This document shows, piece by piece, positions 5,089 to 14,011 of a stretch of DNA of 34,255 bases. The notes beneath the pieces are model-generated. The model was not told where the DNA came from. It saw nothing but the letters and a program-made list of their open reading frames with translations, and ran no database searches. Origin of the DNA: a virus; the IMG/VR virus record IMGVR_UViG_3300045988_071774, positions 1 through 34,255 of that record. One strand, 5' to 3'. The position numbers and the translations under genes are program-made. How positions within the stretch are numbered: the stretch's first letter is position 1; each line of letters starts with the position of its first letter.

Positions 5089-6510
5089 ATGGGCGTGAAT
5101 TCCATTGCTGCGTCCCAGATGCAGTACTGGTGCCAGGCCGGGCCGGGGAAGCCGCAGGGCGGGGCCTACTCGGTCGGCTACTCGCAGCCCGACCGCCTGC
5201 TCTCGTACCGCGACAGCGACGAGGACGGCTGGCTGCAGCGCGACTCGAACATGGACTGTTCGTCCGCGGTGCGGGGGGCGATCAACTACGGCCTCCACAA
5301 GGCGTGGGGGTACGACTGGGGTGACAGCCGGCTGCTGCCCGAGTCGACATGGACGGGGTCGATCCGTTCCGAGCTGACATCCCGCGGCTGGTACGAGGTC
5401 CCATGGTCGGATGCGTCCCTGTACCCGGATGGCGGCTTCCAGGACGGTGACGTGGTCCTGTCGGAAGGTGCTTCCGGTGGTGTCGGCCACGTTGCGATGG
5501 TTGTCCCGGATGGGCTGGCTGAGGCGTGGATCGCCGAGGACGGCACGATCGACGGGTACGTGGGCGATCAGACCGGCTATGAGACCAGAGTCGGCGACTA
5601 CGCGACCCACGCATACACGCGCGGCGGCAGGTGGACGCACTGCCTGCGCCTGCCTGAGGGCGGTGACAGCCCTTCTGGCGGCCGTTCTTCGTCGTCCGGG
5701 TACTCAGGTAGGACGATCGCGAATATGGGCGCCCTTGTGGCTGCTGCGGACGCTGTGGGGCTGCCCCGGTGGGTCGCATTGGGTCTTGCGGAGCAGGAGT
5801 CGAACGGCGAGAACGTGTTCGGTCACGACGCCGGCGGCGCCTACCAGGGCGCCGGCGAGGTCACAGAGGCGAAGTTCCGTGACTTCTACGCTCAGATCAG
5901 CGCCGGGGCCACGTCGAACGGCGTCGGCCCGACTCAGGTGACATACCCCGGCTACTTTTTCAACGACCCGGATCGCGCATGGTGGGACCCGCAGGCCTCG
6001 TCAGAGGTCGGCTTCGGGATCCTGGCCGGCTACCTGAGTGGCGACTACTCGTGGGACTCCCTGTGCCGGGCTGGATCCACGTACAACTGCGGTAACCCGA
6101 ACGACCGCTACGAAACGTACGGGCAATCTTTCGCGTCCCTGGCCTGGGCGTGGAAAGATCAGCCGCTCGGCGACTATGCCGGCGGTGGTGCATCATCTAC
6201 CGATGAGGAGCTGGAAATGTCCGCTGCTATTGACCTTCTCACTGAGATCCGCGATTCGCTGCGCGCCGGCAAGGAGGGTGACCACTACGCCGGCGACATG
6301 GCCTGGTACTCCGGGGCGATCCGCGACGAGCTGCGCTCCTTGAACTCGAAGGTGCAGGTCATCTCCGACGCTGTCACCCCCGGTATCGCGGGCGTCAAGT
6401 TCGACGGGGACCTGTACAACGCGGTCAAGGAGACTCGGAAGTCCCTCGCCGCCATCGAGCAGCACCTGAACGCCCAGCGGGACGGCCGGAACGCCGTCGC
6501 CGACTCGTGA
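5089..6510 (+). CDS. two-domain peptidoglycan hydrolase (probable endolysin): N-terminal Cys/His peptidase (NlpC/P60- or CHAP-like) plus lytic-transglycosylase-like domain (473 aa)
   Basis: SD GGAAGGAGAGG precedes ATG 5089, and the frame is closed by TAG at 5056. The Cys motif is NMDCSSAVRGA and the His motif is GGVGHVAMVV. The SLT-like motifs are LGLAEQESNGENVFGHD and GVGPTQVTYPGYF. Membrane-protein genes follow it. Confidence 0.75.
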   Translation: MGVNSIAASQMQYWCQAGPGKPQGGAYSVGYSQPDRLLSYRDSDEDGWLQRDSNMDCSSAVRGAINYGLHKAWGYDWGDSRLLPESTWTGSIRSELTSRGWYEVPWSDASLYPDGGFQDGDVVLSEGASGGVGHVAMVVPDGLAEAWIAEDGTIDGYVGDQTGYETRVGDYATHAYTRGGRWTHCLRLPEGGDSPSGGRSSSSGYSGRTIANMGALVAAADAVGLPRWVALGLAEQESNGENVFGHDAGGAYQGAGEVTEAKFRDFYAQISAGATSNGVGPTQVTYPGYFFNDPDRAWWDPQASSEVGFGILAGYLSGDYSWDSLCRAGSTYNCGNPNDRYETYGQSFASLAWAWKDQPLGDYAGGGASSTDEELEMSAAIDLLTEIRDSLRAGKEGDHYAGDMAWYSGAIRDELRSLNSKVQVISDAVTPGIAGVKFDGDLYNAVKETRKSLAAIEQHLNAQRDGRNAVADS

Positions 6511-6635
6511 TCGTTCTTATCGCCGTCGCCGCTGCCATCCTGGGCGCCTACTGGGTTGGCCTGTGCGAGGGTGTTGAGAACGGGTGCCCTTGGGAACGAA
6601 CGAACAAGGAGAAGAAGAATGAGTCTGACGACTGA
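6507..6635 (+). CDS. small single-TM protein (42 aa) between lysin and holin, absent from the ORF track
   Basis: GTG 6507 forms a GTGA overlap with the lysin stop. Hand translation gives VIVLIAVAAAILGAYWVGLCEGVENGCPWERTNKEKKNESDD*. The product has a hydrophobic N-terminus and a charged tail. By hand count about three quarters of its codons end in G or C. It overlaps the holin start by 17 nt. Confidence 0.5.
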   Translation: MIVLIAVAAAILGAYWVGLCEGVENGCPWERTNKEKKNESDD

Positions 6636-6969
6636 ACAGTCCGCGACCCTGACGGCGGTCGCTGCGATCGTGTGGCCCCTGGCCCAGGCGGCCCTGGACA
6701 AGCCGTACTGGACGGCCTCCCGCCGGCGGGCGATCACCCTCGCTGCGATTGTCGTGATCGCGGCCGGTACTTGGCTTGCGGGCGCCTACCCGGCGACCGC
6801 TGAGGCGGCCACCACTCAGGTCCTGTCCGTCGCTGGTCTTGTCCTCGGTGCTTTCAACATCCTGAAGTCCGTGAAGGTCAACGGGATCAGCGTCCTGGAT
6901 TGGGCTGGTATCGTCACCCCCGGTGGTGTCGACCTGCGGAAGTCGAAGGGTGGGGCCCACAAGGCCTGA
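6619..6969 (+). CDS. holin-like membrane protein (116 aa, 2-3 TM helices, basic C-terminus)
   Basis: ATG 6619 has SD AAGGAG. TM segments include AITLAAIVVIAAGTWLAGAY and VLSVAGLVLGAFNIL. The tail is RKSKGGAHKA. It lies next to the lysin. Confidence 0.7.
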   Translation: MSLTTEQSATLTAVAAIVWPLAQAALDKPYWTASRRRAITLAAIVVIAAGTWLAGAYPATAEAATTQVLSVAGLVLGAFNILKSVKVNGISVLDWAGIVTPGGVDLRKSKGGAHKA

Positions 6970-6987
6970 CCCGCCCTGACCTGCGGT

Positions 6988-7026
6988 CCGGCGGCCGTCT
7001 CGCGTATCCTGCGGGGCGGCCGCCGG
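6988..7026 (+). terminator. GC-rich stem-loop between holin and terS
   Basis: CCGGCGGCCG (6988-6997) pairs with CGGCCGCCGG (7017-7026) around a 19-nt loop. There is no U-tract. Confidence 0.4.
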
Positions 7027-7075
7027 TGGTTCCTGGCGGTATGATTGGAGCACGCTACGACCGAGAGGGGCTGAG

Positions 7076-7447
7076 ATGCCGCAGAAGCCGCCGCCGCGGC
7101 TGAGTAAGTCGGCCCGCCGTATGTGGGACGACATCACGACCGGGTGGGAACTCCGCCCTGACGAGATCCGTTTACTGGAGGACGCCTGCCGGGAAGCGAC
7201 GATCCTCGACAAGATCGAGAGGGAGCTCGCGGGCGCCGACTATGTGATGCCCGGGTCGCAGAAGCAACTGCGGGCTCATCCGCTCCTGTCGGAGGTGCGC
7301 CAGCATCGCGTGGCGATGGCGCAGCTACTGTCGAAGCTGAACCTCCCGGACGAGGAGGCAGACGCTAGGGCGCAGGCCGCCAGGTCTGAGCATGCGTCTA
7401 TCGCAGCGACCGGCAGGTGGGGTCTGACTCGTGGCCAGGCCTCGTGA
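7076..7447 (+). CDS. terS: terminase small subunit (P27-like, 123 aa)
   Basis: MPQKPPPRLSKSARRMWDDITTGWELRPDEIRLLEDACREATILD resembles P27-family small terminases. It lies immediately upstream of the large subunit and overlaps it. Confidence 0.75.
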   Translation: MPQKPPPRLSKSARRMWDDITTGWELRPDEIRLLEDACREATILDKIERELAGADYVMPGSQKQLRAHPLLSEVRQHRVAMAQLLSKLNLPDEEADARAQAARSEHASIAATGRWGLTRGQAS

Positions 7448-9182
7448 ACGAAAGGCGGTCACCGGTGACGATCCGCGTCTGCTCGCTGAGATCCGCGCCT
7501 ATTACGAGGAGCGTCTGAAGTCCCGGCCGGCCGCCCTGCCGGGGAGCGACGGCATGTTCCCGGCGGTTGCGCACGGCCCCGTGTGGGCCCTGAAGGACGG
7601 CAACTGGCTGCTGCCCGAGCGCACCATCGGCTGGGACGTGTCCTGCTGGGCGTCCGCCCACCTCGCCGGCCCCGGCGGCGGCCCGTTCCTGTTCACAGAC
7701 GAACAGTTCCGGTTCATGCTCTGGTATTACGCGACGGACTCGGCCGGGAGGTTCCTGTCACCCACGGTGGTTCTGCAGCGATGCAAAGGGTGGGGTAAGG
7801 ACCCTCTGGCCGGTGTTGTCGCCCTCGCGGCGCTCTGCGGCCCATCCGTCCCATTCGTGGGGGAGGACGGTGTGGTGCGGGGGCGTCGCGAGGAGTCGCC
7901 CTGGATTCGCCTGCTGGCGGTTTCCCAGCAGCAGACAGAGAACACGATGGGAGCGATCCGCGCCCTAGCGCCGCCGGACGTCCGCGAGGACCTCGCCATC
8001 CGAGTGGTAACGACCCTGGTTCGCCCGAAAGACGGGAGCGCAGGCTTCATCACCGCGATCACGTCAAACCCCGACGCAGCCGAAGGGGCGCGCGCCACCC
8101 TGACCGTGTGCAATGAGACACAGAACTGGACACGGTCGAACTCAGGCATGGCAATGATGGGCGTCGTCCGCGGTGACGCGGCGAAGTCCCCGCCGGAACG
8201 GCAGGCCCGAGTCCTGCATATCTGCAACGCACCTCGCGTTGGTGTCGAATCGGTGGGGTTGTCCGTCCGTGAAGGCTGGGAAGAGCACGGCGGCAAGGAT
8301 GCCGGCCTCATGTACGACTCGCTGGAGGCGCCCCCGGATGCGCCGCTGACAGCGGAAGCTGCCCCTGTAGTGATTGAGTCCGTCCGCGGTGACGCGTCCT
8401 GGCTGACTCCAGACCGGATCGTTCAGGACATCATGGACCCGTCCACGCCGCCGTCGGAGTCGCGCAGGAAGTGGTACAACCAAGTGGTCGCATCCGAGGA
8501 CGCGTGGCTGACCCGCGAGGATTGGGATTCCTGCCTCGATAAGGAACTGCCCGCCCTGGAGCCCGGCGATGAAGTGGCGGTGTTCTTCGACGGCGGCAAG
8601 TCCGATGACTCGACCGCCTGCGTGGCCGTCCGCATCAGCGACGGCGCCCCGTTCGTGGTCGGCGTGTGGCAGCGGCCACCTGACGCCCGCGCCCATAACT
8701 GGATCGTTGACCGGGACGCGGTCGATAAGCGCGTCCGCGACTTCTACGACCACCATAACGTGGTCGCCCTATGGGCAGACCCATCTCACGCCGTCGAGGA
8801 CGAGAGCATGGAGCAGTTCTGGGACTCGGTCGTGGACGGCTGGCATCGCGACTACGGGCGCCAGCTCCGCCTGAAAGCCAGCCCGGGACACTCTGTGAAG
8901 TGGGACATGTCCTCGCCCACGAACCAAAAGGCGTTCGTCCATGCCGTGCAGGTCACTACCACCGACGTGCTCGAGCACGCATTCGTCCATGACGGCGATG
9001 CCAGGCTGCGCGCCCACGTCCTCCACGCTGTCCGCTACCCGACTCGGTTCGGCATGTCGATCTCGAAGGACGGCCGGGAGTCGCGCAAGAAGATCGATCT
9101 GGCCGTGTGCATGATCGGCGGTAGGATGATCCGTAACATATGGCTGAATAGCCGCCGCCGGAGCAGAGGATCGATATGGTGA
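7431..9182 (+). CDS. terL: terminase large subunit (583 aa from GTG 7431)
   Basis: The call rests on size, position and a Walker-A-like KGWGKD motif. The start is uncertain: GTG 7431 overlaps terS by 17 nt, and the next ATG is at 7554. Confidence 0.85.
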   Translation: MARPRERKAVTGDDPRLLAEIRAYYEERLKSRPAALPGSDGMFPAVAHGPVWALKDGNWLLPERTIGWDVSCWASAHLAGPGGGPFLFTDEQFRFMLWYYATDSAGRFLSPTVVLQRCKGWGKDPLAGVVALAALCGPSVPFVGEDGVVRGRREESPWIRLLAVSQQQTENTMGAIRALAPPDVREDLAIRVVTTLVRPKDGSAGFITAITSNPDAAEGARATLTVCNETQNWTRSNSGMAMMGVVRGDAAKSPPERQARVLHICNAPRVGVESVGLSVREGWEEHGGKDAGLMYDSLEAPPDAPLTAEAAPVVIESVRGDASWLTPDRIVQDIMDPSTPPSESRRKWYNQVVASEDAWLTREDWDSCLDKELPALEPGDEVAVFFDGGKSDDSTACVAVRISDGAPFVVGVWQRPPDARAHNWIVDRDAVDKRVRDFYDHHNVVALWADPSHAVEDESMEQFWDSVVDGWHRDYGRQLRLKASPGHSVKWDMSSPTNQKAFVHAVQVTTTDVLEHAFVHDGDARLRAHVLHAVRYPTRFGMSISKDGRESRKKIDLAVCMIGGRMIRNIWLNSRRRSRGSIW

Positions 9183-10510
9183 ACGGACCATGGGATGACA
9201 TCGCGGCTCGCCGCGACGAGGCAAGGGCGCTCGCCGCCCAGCGCCGCGAAGAGATCGCCCCGGGGGCGTCCACGCAGACCGCAGCCAGCGGCCCCCTGTA
9301 CGGCATCGACTCAGATCGAGCCGACGCCACGAAGCGACGCCTGAGGGCGCTCTCGCTCGGCCCTACCCTGGGGCTGCTGCTGGACACGCTGGCCCGGCAG
9401 ATAGTCGCCGACGGGGTCTCCTCCGACCGGGACGATCAGGGGTCCGCCAGGCTGTGGCAACCGTGGGAGGCGTCGGGCATGCCATCCCGGCAGACGGCCC
9501 TGTGGCGGGAAGCTCTCATCGACGGGGCCGCCTACGCCACCGTCCTGCCGTCGAACGGCCCCACCGTCCTGCCGTTGCCGGCCTCCAGGATCGCCTGCGA
9601 TTGGGGAGGCGCGGAGGCGAACGAATGGCCCACTGCGGCCGTCGTGCTGCGCGGCGATGGCGCCCCATGGCGCTACCTGACCGCCACTGAGGAAGTCGAC
9701 TGCAAGACCGGCGCCGTCCTCTGGTCCGGGGGTCTGCGGCATTGCCCTGTCGTGCGCGTCGCCCCCTACCAGGCGCTGGACGGTGAATGCGAGTCCCTGG
9801 TGGACAGGCTGCGCCTCCCCGCCCGCCGCTACATCAAGACCGTGCACGACCGTCTCCTCGTCCAGCATCACAATTCGTGGCGTGTCCGTACTGCGACCGG
9901 CCTTGCCGACCCTGGCTCCCCCGAGGAAGCGGAACGGCAGAAAGCCCTCCTGGAGCACGGCGACGTGCTGACCGGAGGTGAAGGCGTGCAGTTCGGGTCG
10001 CTGCCCGAAACGAACCTGCAGTCCCTGCTCGATGCCGAGAAAGCCGACCTAGGGACGCTGGCGGCGCTCGCGTCGGTGCCGTCCTGGGCCCTGTCAGGGT
10101 CGCAGCTGGTCAACCTGAGCGCGGACGCTCTCGCTGAAGCCAAGGCCGCCGAGCGCGCTCACCTGCAAGCGCTCACGCGCGCTTTCGGGCGTCCTGTGTG
10201 CAACCTCGTCCGCCTGTGCGCCGCCGTGGACGGGCGCCGCGACGACTCCGAGGACACCACGCTCTCCGTCGACTGGCGGGACACTGAGGCCCGATCCCTG
10301 TCACAAGCCGCCGATGCTCTCGGGAAGCTGTCGCAGACGCTAGGGGTGCCTGCGGCCCTGCTGTGGGACCGCATTCCCGGCGTGTCACCGTCCGAGGCGG
10401 CCGGCTGGCGCGAGTACGCGGACGCTCATCCTGACGCGCTCACCTCATACACGCAGGCACTCGCCGGCACCGACGACCCCGGCAAGGTCGCCGCTTTGGA
10501 GGAGGAGTGA
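9176..10510 (+). CDS. portal protein (444 aa)
   Basis: The gene follows terL with a 7-nt overlap and has SD AGAGGA. Its size and position are typical of a siphovirus portal. Confidence 0.8.
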   Translation: MVNGPWDDIAARRDEARALAAQRREEIAPGASTQTAASGPLYGIDSDRADATKRRLRALSLGPTLGLLLDTLARQIVADGVSSDRDDQGSARLWQPWEASGMPSRQTALWREALIDGAAYATVLPSNGPTVLPLPASRIACDWGGAEANEWPTAAVVLRGDGAPWRYLTATEEVDCKTGAVLWSGGLRHCPVVRVAPYQALDGECESLVDRLRLPARRYIKTVHDRLLVQHHNSWRVRTATGLADPGSPEEAERQKALLEHGDVLTGGEGVQFGSLPETNLQSLLDAEKADLGTLAALASVPSWALSGSQLVNLSADALAEAKAAERAHLQALTRAFGRPVCNLVRLCAAVDGRRDDSEDTTLSVDWRDTEARSLSQAADALGKLSQTLGVPAALLWDRIPGVSPSEAAGWREYADAHPDALTSYTQALAGTDDPGKVAALEEE

Positions 10511-11253
10511 CCCTTATCGGCGACCACCGTGTCGCCGTTGGCGCGCTCGCCACCAAAGCCCGCAACTCCGCAGTCGACCTGTTCGACGTAGTGCTCGACC
10601 CGGACAACCTGGACGCGTCGTCCGCGACGTTCGCGTCCCAGACGGCGTCCGCCCTGCGGGGCGTTTCGTCGGGCGTGGACCGGGAAGCCTCCAGGTATTT
10701 GAGCGCCTGGGGCCGCGAGCACGGGCGCAGCATGGGGTTCGCCAGGCCGGCCCTCATGGACTCCTCTCTCGACAGGCAGCTGATGCTGTCCGGGCCGATT
10801 CGCGTAAAGACTCTCGTGGGGAACGGCATGGACCGCTCTGCGGCGGTCGCGGACGCTCGCCGTCGCGTGGGCGCGACAGCGATGAAGTCTGTGCGGGACC
10901 GCGACCGCCTGGACGTTATCTACTCTTGCCGAAAGCAACGCGTCCGCTGCCGCCGCGTGACTGTTGGGAGAACATGTGCTTTCTGTTGCATGCTCGCGGC
11001 TCGCGGCCCTGTGTACACGAAAGACACGGCCGCTTTCCAGGCGCACGTCTACTGTGACTGCACGTACGAGCCTGTCGACGTGCCGAACGCGAAATGGAAA
11101 GCGACGGAGGCGTCCGACCGCGACCTGGAACTCGTGGACCTGTACGATGAAGCCGTGGCCTCGCAGAAAGCTGCCGGCGCCAGCGGCCTCAGCGACCTCC
11201 TGGCCCGCATGCGCCGGTCCGGCAATGGTCTACTGTCGGACCGGGTGAGCTAA
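10507..11253 (+). CDS. MuF/SPP1-gp7-like minor head protein (248 aa)
   Basis: GTGA overlap with the portal stop. The Cys-rich motif CAFCCMLAARGPVYTKDTAAFQAHVYCDCTYEPV is typical of actinophage MuF-like proteins. Confidence 0.65.
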   Translation: MTLIGDHRVAVGALATKARNSAVDLFDVVLDPDNLDASSATFASQTASALRGVSSGVDREASRYLSAWGREHGRSMGFARPALMDSSLDRQLMLSGPIRVKTLVGNGMDRSAAVADARRRVGATAMKSVRDRDRLDVIYSCRKQRVRCRRVTVGRTCAFCCMLAARGPVYTKDTAAFQAHVYCDCTYEPVDVPNAKWKATEASDRDLELVDLYDEAVASQKAAGASGLSDLLARMRRSGNGLLSDRVS

Positions 11254-11283
11254 ACTATCCGCAACACTACGTCAGGAGACGAA

Positions 11284-11850
11284 ATGGCAGACCAGCCCCG
11301 AAACGTTCGTGACGCCGACGAGGACGCGAAGCCTCAGCCGGGCGCCACGGCAACCAAGCAGGACACCCCTGCCGCTCAGACCGAGCCGGACGCGAAGCCT
11401 CAGCCGGGCGCCAAGCCCGCGGATGGCACGCCGACGAAGCCGGCCGAGGACACAGCCGAGTCGAAGCCGACCGAGGAGGCCGCCCAGGCTGAGTCGAAGC
11501 CGACCGAGGAGGCCGCCCAGGCTGACGAGGCGCCCGCACCTGAAGGCCGGCCGGCCGAAGCCCCCGAGCCGGAGGACCCGCGCATCGCCGACCTGCAGGC
11601 CAAGCTCGCCGCCGCAACCGCGCAGGCTTCCGCTGTCGTTGCGCTCGCTAACGCCGGCCTGCCCGTCACCCTTGCCGAGGTCGTCGCCGCCGGCAGCCCT
11701 GACGACATTGAATCCAACGTGGATGCGCTCGCCCAGGCCATCGCCCTTGTTGCCACCCAGAAGACCCCCCCCGCCCAGCCGTCTCTTCCGCCCGACGCGG
11801 ATGAGCCAGAAGAGGACATGCAGGCTCGCGCCCGCAGGATCTTCGCCTGA
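11284..11850 (+). CDS. scaffolding protein (188 aa, acidic, Pro/Ala/Glu-rich, internally repeated)
   Basis: It sits directly upstream of the capsid gene and has SD AGGAGA. The N-terminal half is low-complexity and the C-terminal half looks helical. Confidence 0.7.
   Translation: MADQPRNVRDADEDAKPQPGATATKQDTPAAQTEPDAKPQPGAKPADGTPTKPAEDTAESKPTEEAAQAESKPTEEAAQADEAPAPEGRPAEAPEPEDPRIADLQAKLAAATAQASAVVALANAGLPVTLAEVVAAGSPDDIESNVDALAQAIALVATQKTPPAQPSLPPDADEPEEDMQARARRIFA
11458..11523 (+). repeat. exact 33-bp tandem duplication inside the scaffold gene
   Basis: gagtcgaagccgaccgaggaggccgcccaggct occurs twice, encoding ESKPTEEAAQA x2. A 26-bp repeat also occurs at 11322-11347 and 11388-11413. Confidence 0.9.
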
Positions 11851-11877
11851 CCGAACGAGCACTGAAGGAGAAACCAA

Positions 11878-12807
11878 ATGGCGAACTTCGCAACGACCGG
11901 CAGGAAGGTCGTCCTCTCGGACATCGCCTCCCTCCACTACCTGTCCAGCATCGCCCTGACCGTCAACCGTGACGCCGAGGCCGGCTACGAGCGCGGCTAC
12001 GGCTCGACCGTTGACGTCGCTATGCCCGTTGAGGCCGCCTCTGGCACGCGCAGCAGCGCCCAGCGTGAGGCCCGCACCGCGATCACGTTCGGCGACCTGA
12101 CCCGCCGGTACGTCCCCGTCAAGCTTGAGGACGAGCTTTACTCCGCGGTCCGGCTGCCTTCCGAGTGGCTGACCTGGACGCTCGCCGACTTCGAGCGCGA
12201 GGTCGTCAAGCCTCAGGCCGAGGCCGTCGCCTCCCTCATCCCCGCGAAGCTCGGCGCTGTCATGGCGACCGTTCAGGCTTCGCAGGCCACCGACCCGAAC
12301 GCCGCCGGCATCGCCTACACCGACGCGAAGGCGCTGAAGTTCAAGGCTGACGGCAGCAACCTCCTCGAGGTTGTTGCCCGCGCCAACCGGATCCTCAACA
12401 AGAACAAGGTCCCGTTCATCAACCGGACCCTTGCCGTCGGCCCCGGCGTCGCCGAAGTGTTCCGCAAGAACAAGGACCTCCTGAACGTGTCCTTCTCCGC
12501 TGACAACGGCGGTCTGCTGCGCGACGCCACCATCGCGAAGGTTGGCGGCTTCGCTGTCGTTGAAGAGCCCGCACTCCCCGAGGCGTTCTCCGTGTTCTAC
12601 GAGAAGAACGCTTTCGCTCTGGCTGTTCGCGCCGCCGACGTCCCCGCCGGTGCTACGTTCGGCGACAGCGTCGCCCAGGACGGTTTCGCTCTGCGTCACA
12701 TCTGCGACTACGATCCGACGTACGCCGAGGACCGCTCCGTCGTGGACGCTTACTTCGGTGCCGCTGTCCTTGACGCCCGTCGCGCTACCGCGGCCGGACT
12801 GGCCTGA
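11878..12807 (+). CDS. major capsid protein (309 aa)
   Basis: SD GAAGGAGAA. The call rests on position after the scaffold and on size. The capsid fold family cannot be assigned without a search. Confidence 0.8.
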   Translation: MANFATTGRKVVLSDIASLHYLSSIALTVNRDAEAGYERGYGSTVDVAMPVEAASGTRSSAQREARTAITFGDLTRRYVPVKLEDELYSAVRLPSEWLTWTLADFEREVVKPQAEAVASLIPAKLGAVMATVQASQATDPNAAGIAYTDAKALKFKADGSNLLEVVARANRILNKNKVPFINRTLAVGPGVAEVFRKNKDLLNVSFSADNGGLLRDATIAKVGGFAVVEEPALPEAFSVFYEKNAFALAVRAADVPAGATFGDSVAQDGFALRHICDYDPTYAEDRSVVDAYFGAAVLDARRATAAGLA

Positions 12808-12816
12808 TCGGACCGC

Positions 12817-13263
12817 ATGATGGCTGCTACCCCGCTCGCTTCTGTTGAGGACCTCGCCGGCTGGCTCGGTGAGCCTATAGCTGACGATGCCGACAAGAAG
12901 CGGGCGGGGTGGCTGCTCCGCCGCGCCTCCTCCCTTGTTAACGAGGAGGCAGACCGCATCCGCAATCCGTGGACGGCTGAGACCGTTCCGCCCGGTGTTC
13001 AGGAGATAGTGCTGTCGTGCGCTGCTCGCGCGTACGACAACCCTGAAGGCTGGACGGGTGAACGTCTTGACGATTGGATGGGGACCGGCAAGAAAGTCGA
13101 CGAGGCCGGCCTGTTCCTGACGGCGACGGAGCGTCGCGCTCTGCTCGCGTACGCCCCCTCGGGACCGTCCGGGGTCGGCATTCTCCGCACCACGCGCGAA
13201 GTATGGCCGCCCGCGTCCCTGAACGCGGCGCCGTACACGTTCGACGAGTGGGTGCAGCCGTGA
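12817..13263 (+). CDS. head-tail connector/adaptor (gp6-like, 148 aa)
   Basis: It is the first gene after the capsid gene. The N-terminal pattern ASVEDLAGWLGEPIADDADKKRAGWLLRRASSLV is typical of head-tail adaptors. Confidence 0.6.
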   Translation: MMAATPLASVEDLAGWLGEPIADDADKKRAGWLLRRASSLVNEEADRIRNPWTAETVPPGVQEIVLSCAARAYDNPEGWTGERLDDWMGTGKKVDEAGLFLTATERRALLAYAPSGPSGVGILRTTREVWPPASLNAAPYTFDEWVQP

Positions 13264-13628
13264 GCGCCCTCCGGACCCGTCGTCGGCGGGCGGACTGGCT
13301 CATGACCGACACGTGCGTCATTGACCGGCCTACCGGCTCCATGAACTGGAACCCCGACACGAAACGCGACGAGCCGACGCTTGAGCGCGTCTACGAGGGG
13401 AAGTGCCGGCTGAAGCAGGCCACCATGTACGGGGCGTCACAGACCGTGGGGGGCCACACGTACACGGTGCAGCAGACCGAGCTGCACATCCCGTACGGCT
13501 CCTACGACGCCCGCATAGACGACGTCGCCACAGTGACAGGCTACCGGTGCGGCTTCCGCGTGCGCGGCCTGATCAACCTGACGCACGCGACCGCGCAGCG
13601 GCTCCTCGTGGACGCGGTGACAGCATGA
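13260..13628 (+). CDS. head closure / head-tail joining protein (122 aa)
   Basis: GTG 13260 forms a GTGA overlap with the upstream stop; an alternative ATG lies at 13302. The pattern CVIDRPTG...YEGKCRLKQ...ELHIPYG is typical of this family. Confidence 0.6.
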   Translation: MSALRTRRRRADWLMTDTCVIDRPTGSMNWNPDTKRDEPTLERVYEGKCRLKQATMYGASQTVGGHTYTVQQTELHIPYGSYDARIDDVATVTGYRCGFRVRGLINLTHATAQRLLVDAVTA

Positions 13629-14011
13629 GCGGCAGCCAAGTCGACGCGTCGCAGCTGACAGCGCTGGCGGCCGACTTCCTGTCCGCCGGCGAAGCTACCG
13701 AAGCAGTCAAAGTGTCCGTCCGGAACGCGTTGGACACCGCGAAGGAACGTGCCCGCAAAGACTACGCGGCATTCCCTGACAAGGGGATCGCGAAGGTCGG
13801 CCAGGAGTTCTCCTACGACACGAAGGGGAGCGGCGCTGTAGTGGAGGCTCAGTTCGGGCCGTCGAAGCCGCGTGGCGCCCTCGCTAACATCGCAATCTGG
13901 GGAACCTCCCGCGGCGGCGGCGGCCTGCCACACCCGGCCGACTACATGGACGACAGTGTCGTCAACGAGATCGGGGACACCATGAACGAGATCGTAAGGA
14001 AGCTATCGTGA
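13625..14011 (+). CDS. neck/tail-completion protein (HK97 gp10-like, 128 aa)
   Basis: ATGA overlap with the upstream stop. The call rests on position and size. Confidence 0.55.
   Translation: MSGSQVDASQLTALAADFLSAGEATEAVKVSVRNALDTAKERARKDYAAFPDKGIAKVGQEFSYDTKGSGAVVEAQFGPSKPRGALANIAIWGTSRGGGGLPHPADYMDDSVVNEIGDTMNEIVRKLS

Noticed and set aside
6556-6618. The TTG 6556 start for the holin ORF.
   Set aside because: ATG 6619 has a much better AAGGAG SD. The upstream part is better explained by the coupled 42-aa ORF in another frame.
7458-7469. The 12-bp palindrome GTCACCGGTGAC at the terS/terL junction as a fourth copy of the GTGAC-N4-GTCAC site, or as a pac site.
   Set aside because: It has the same half-sites but in everted order with different spacing, and it lies inside coding sequence. 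It is mentioned under the dyad finding but not counted as a site.
11272-12699. A 475-aa minus-strand ORF. Similar long antisense ORFs occur at 14652..16070, 19573..21012, 22026..23432, 24417..25811, 767..1405 and 5005..5640.
   Set aside because: These lie opposite well-supported scaffold, capsid, tail and lysin genes. They translate to Arg/Gly/Pro/Leu-rich low-complexity strings and lack SD sites. Stop-free antisense frames like this are normal in high-GC DNA.
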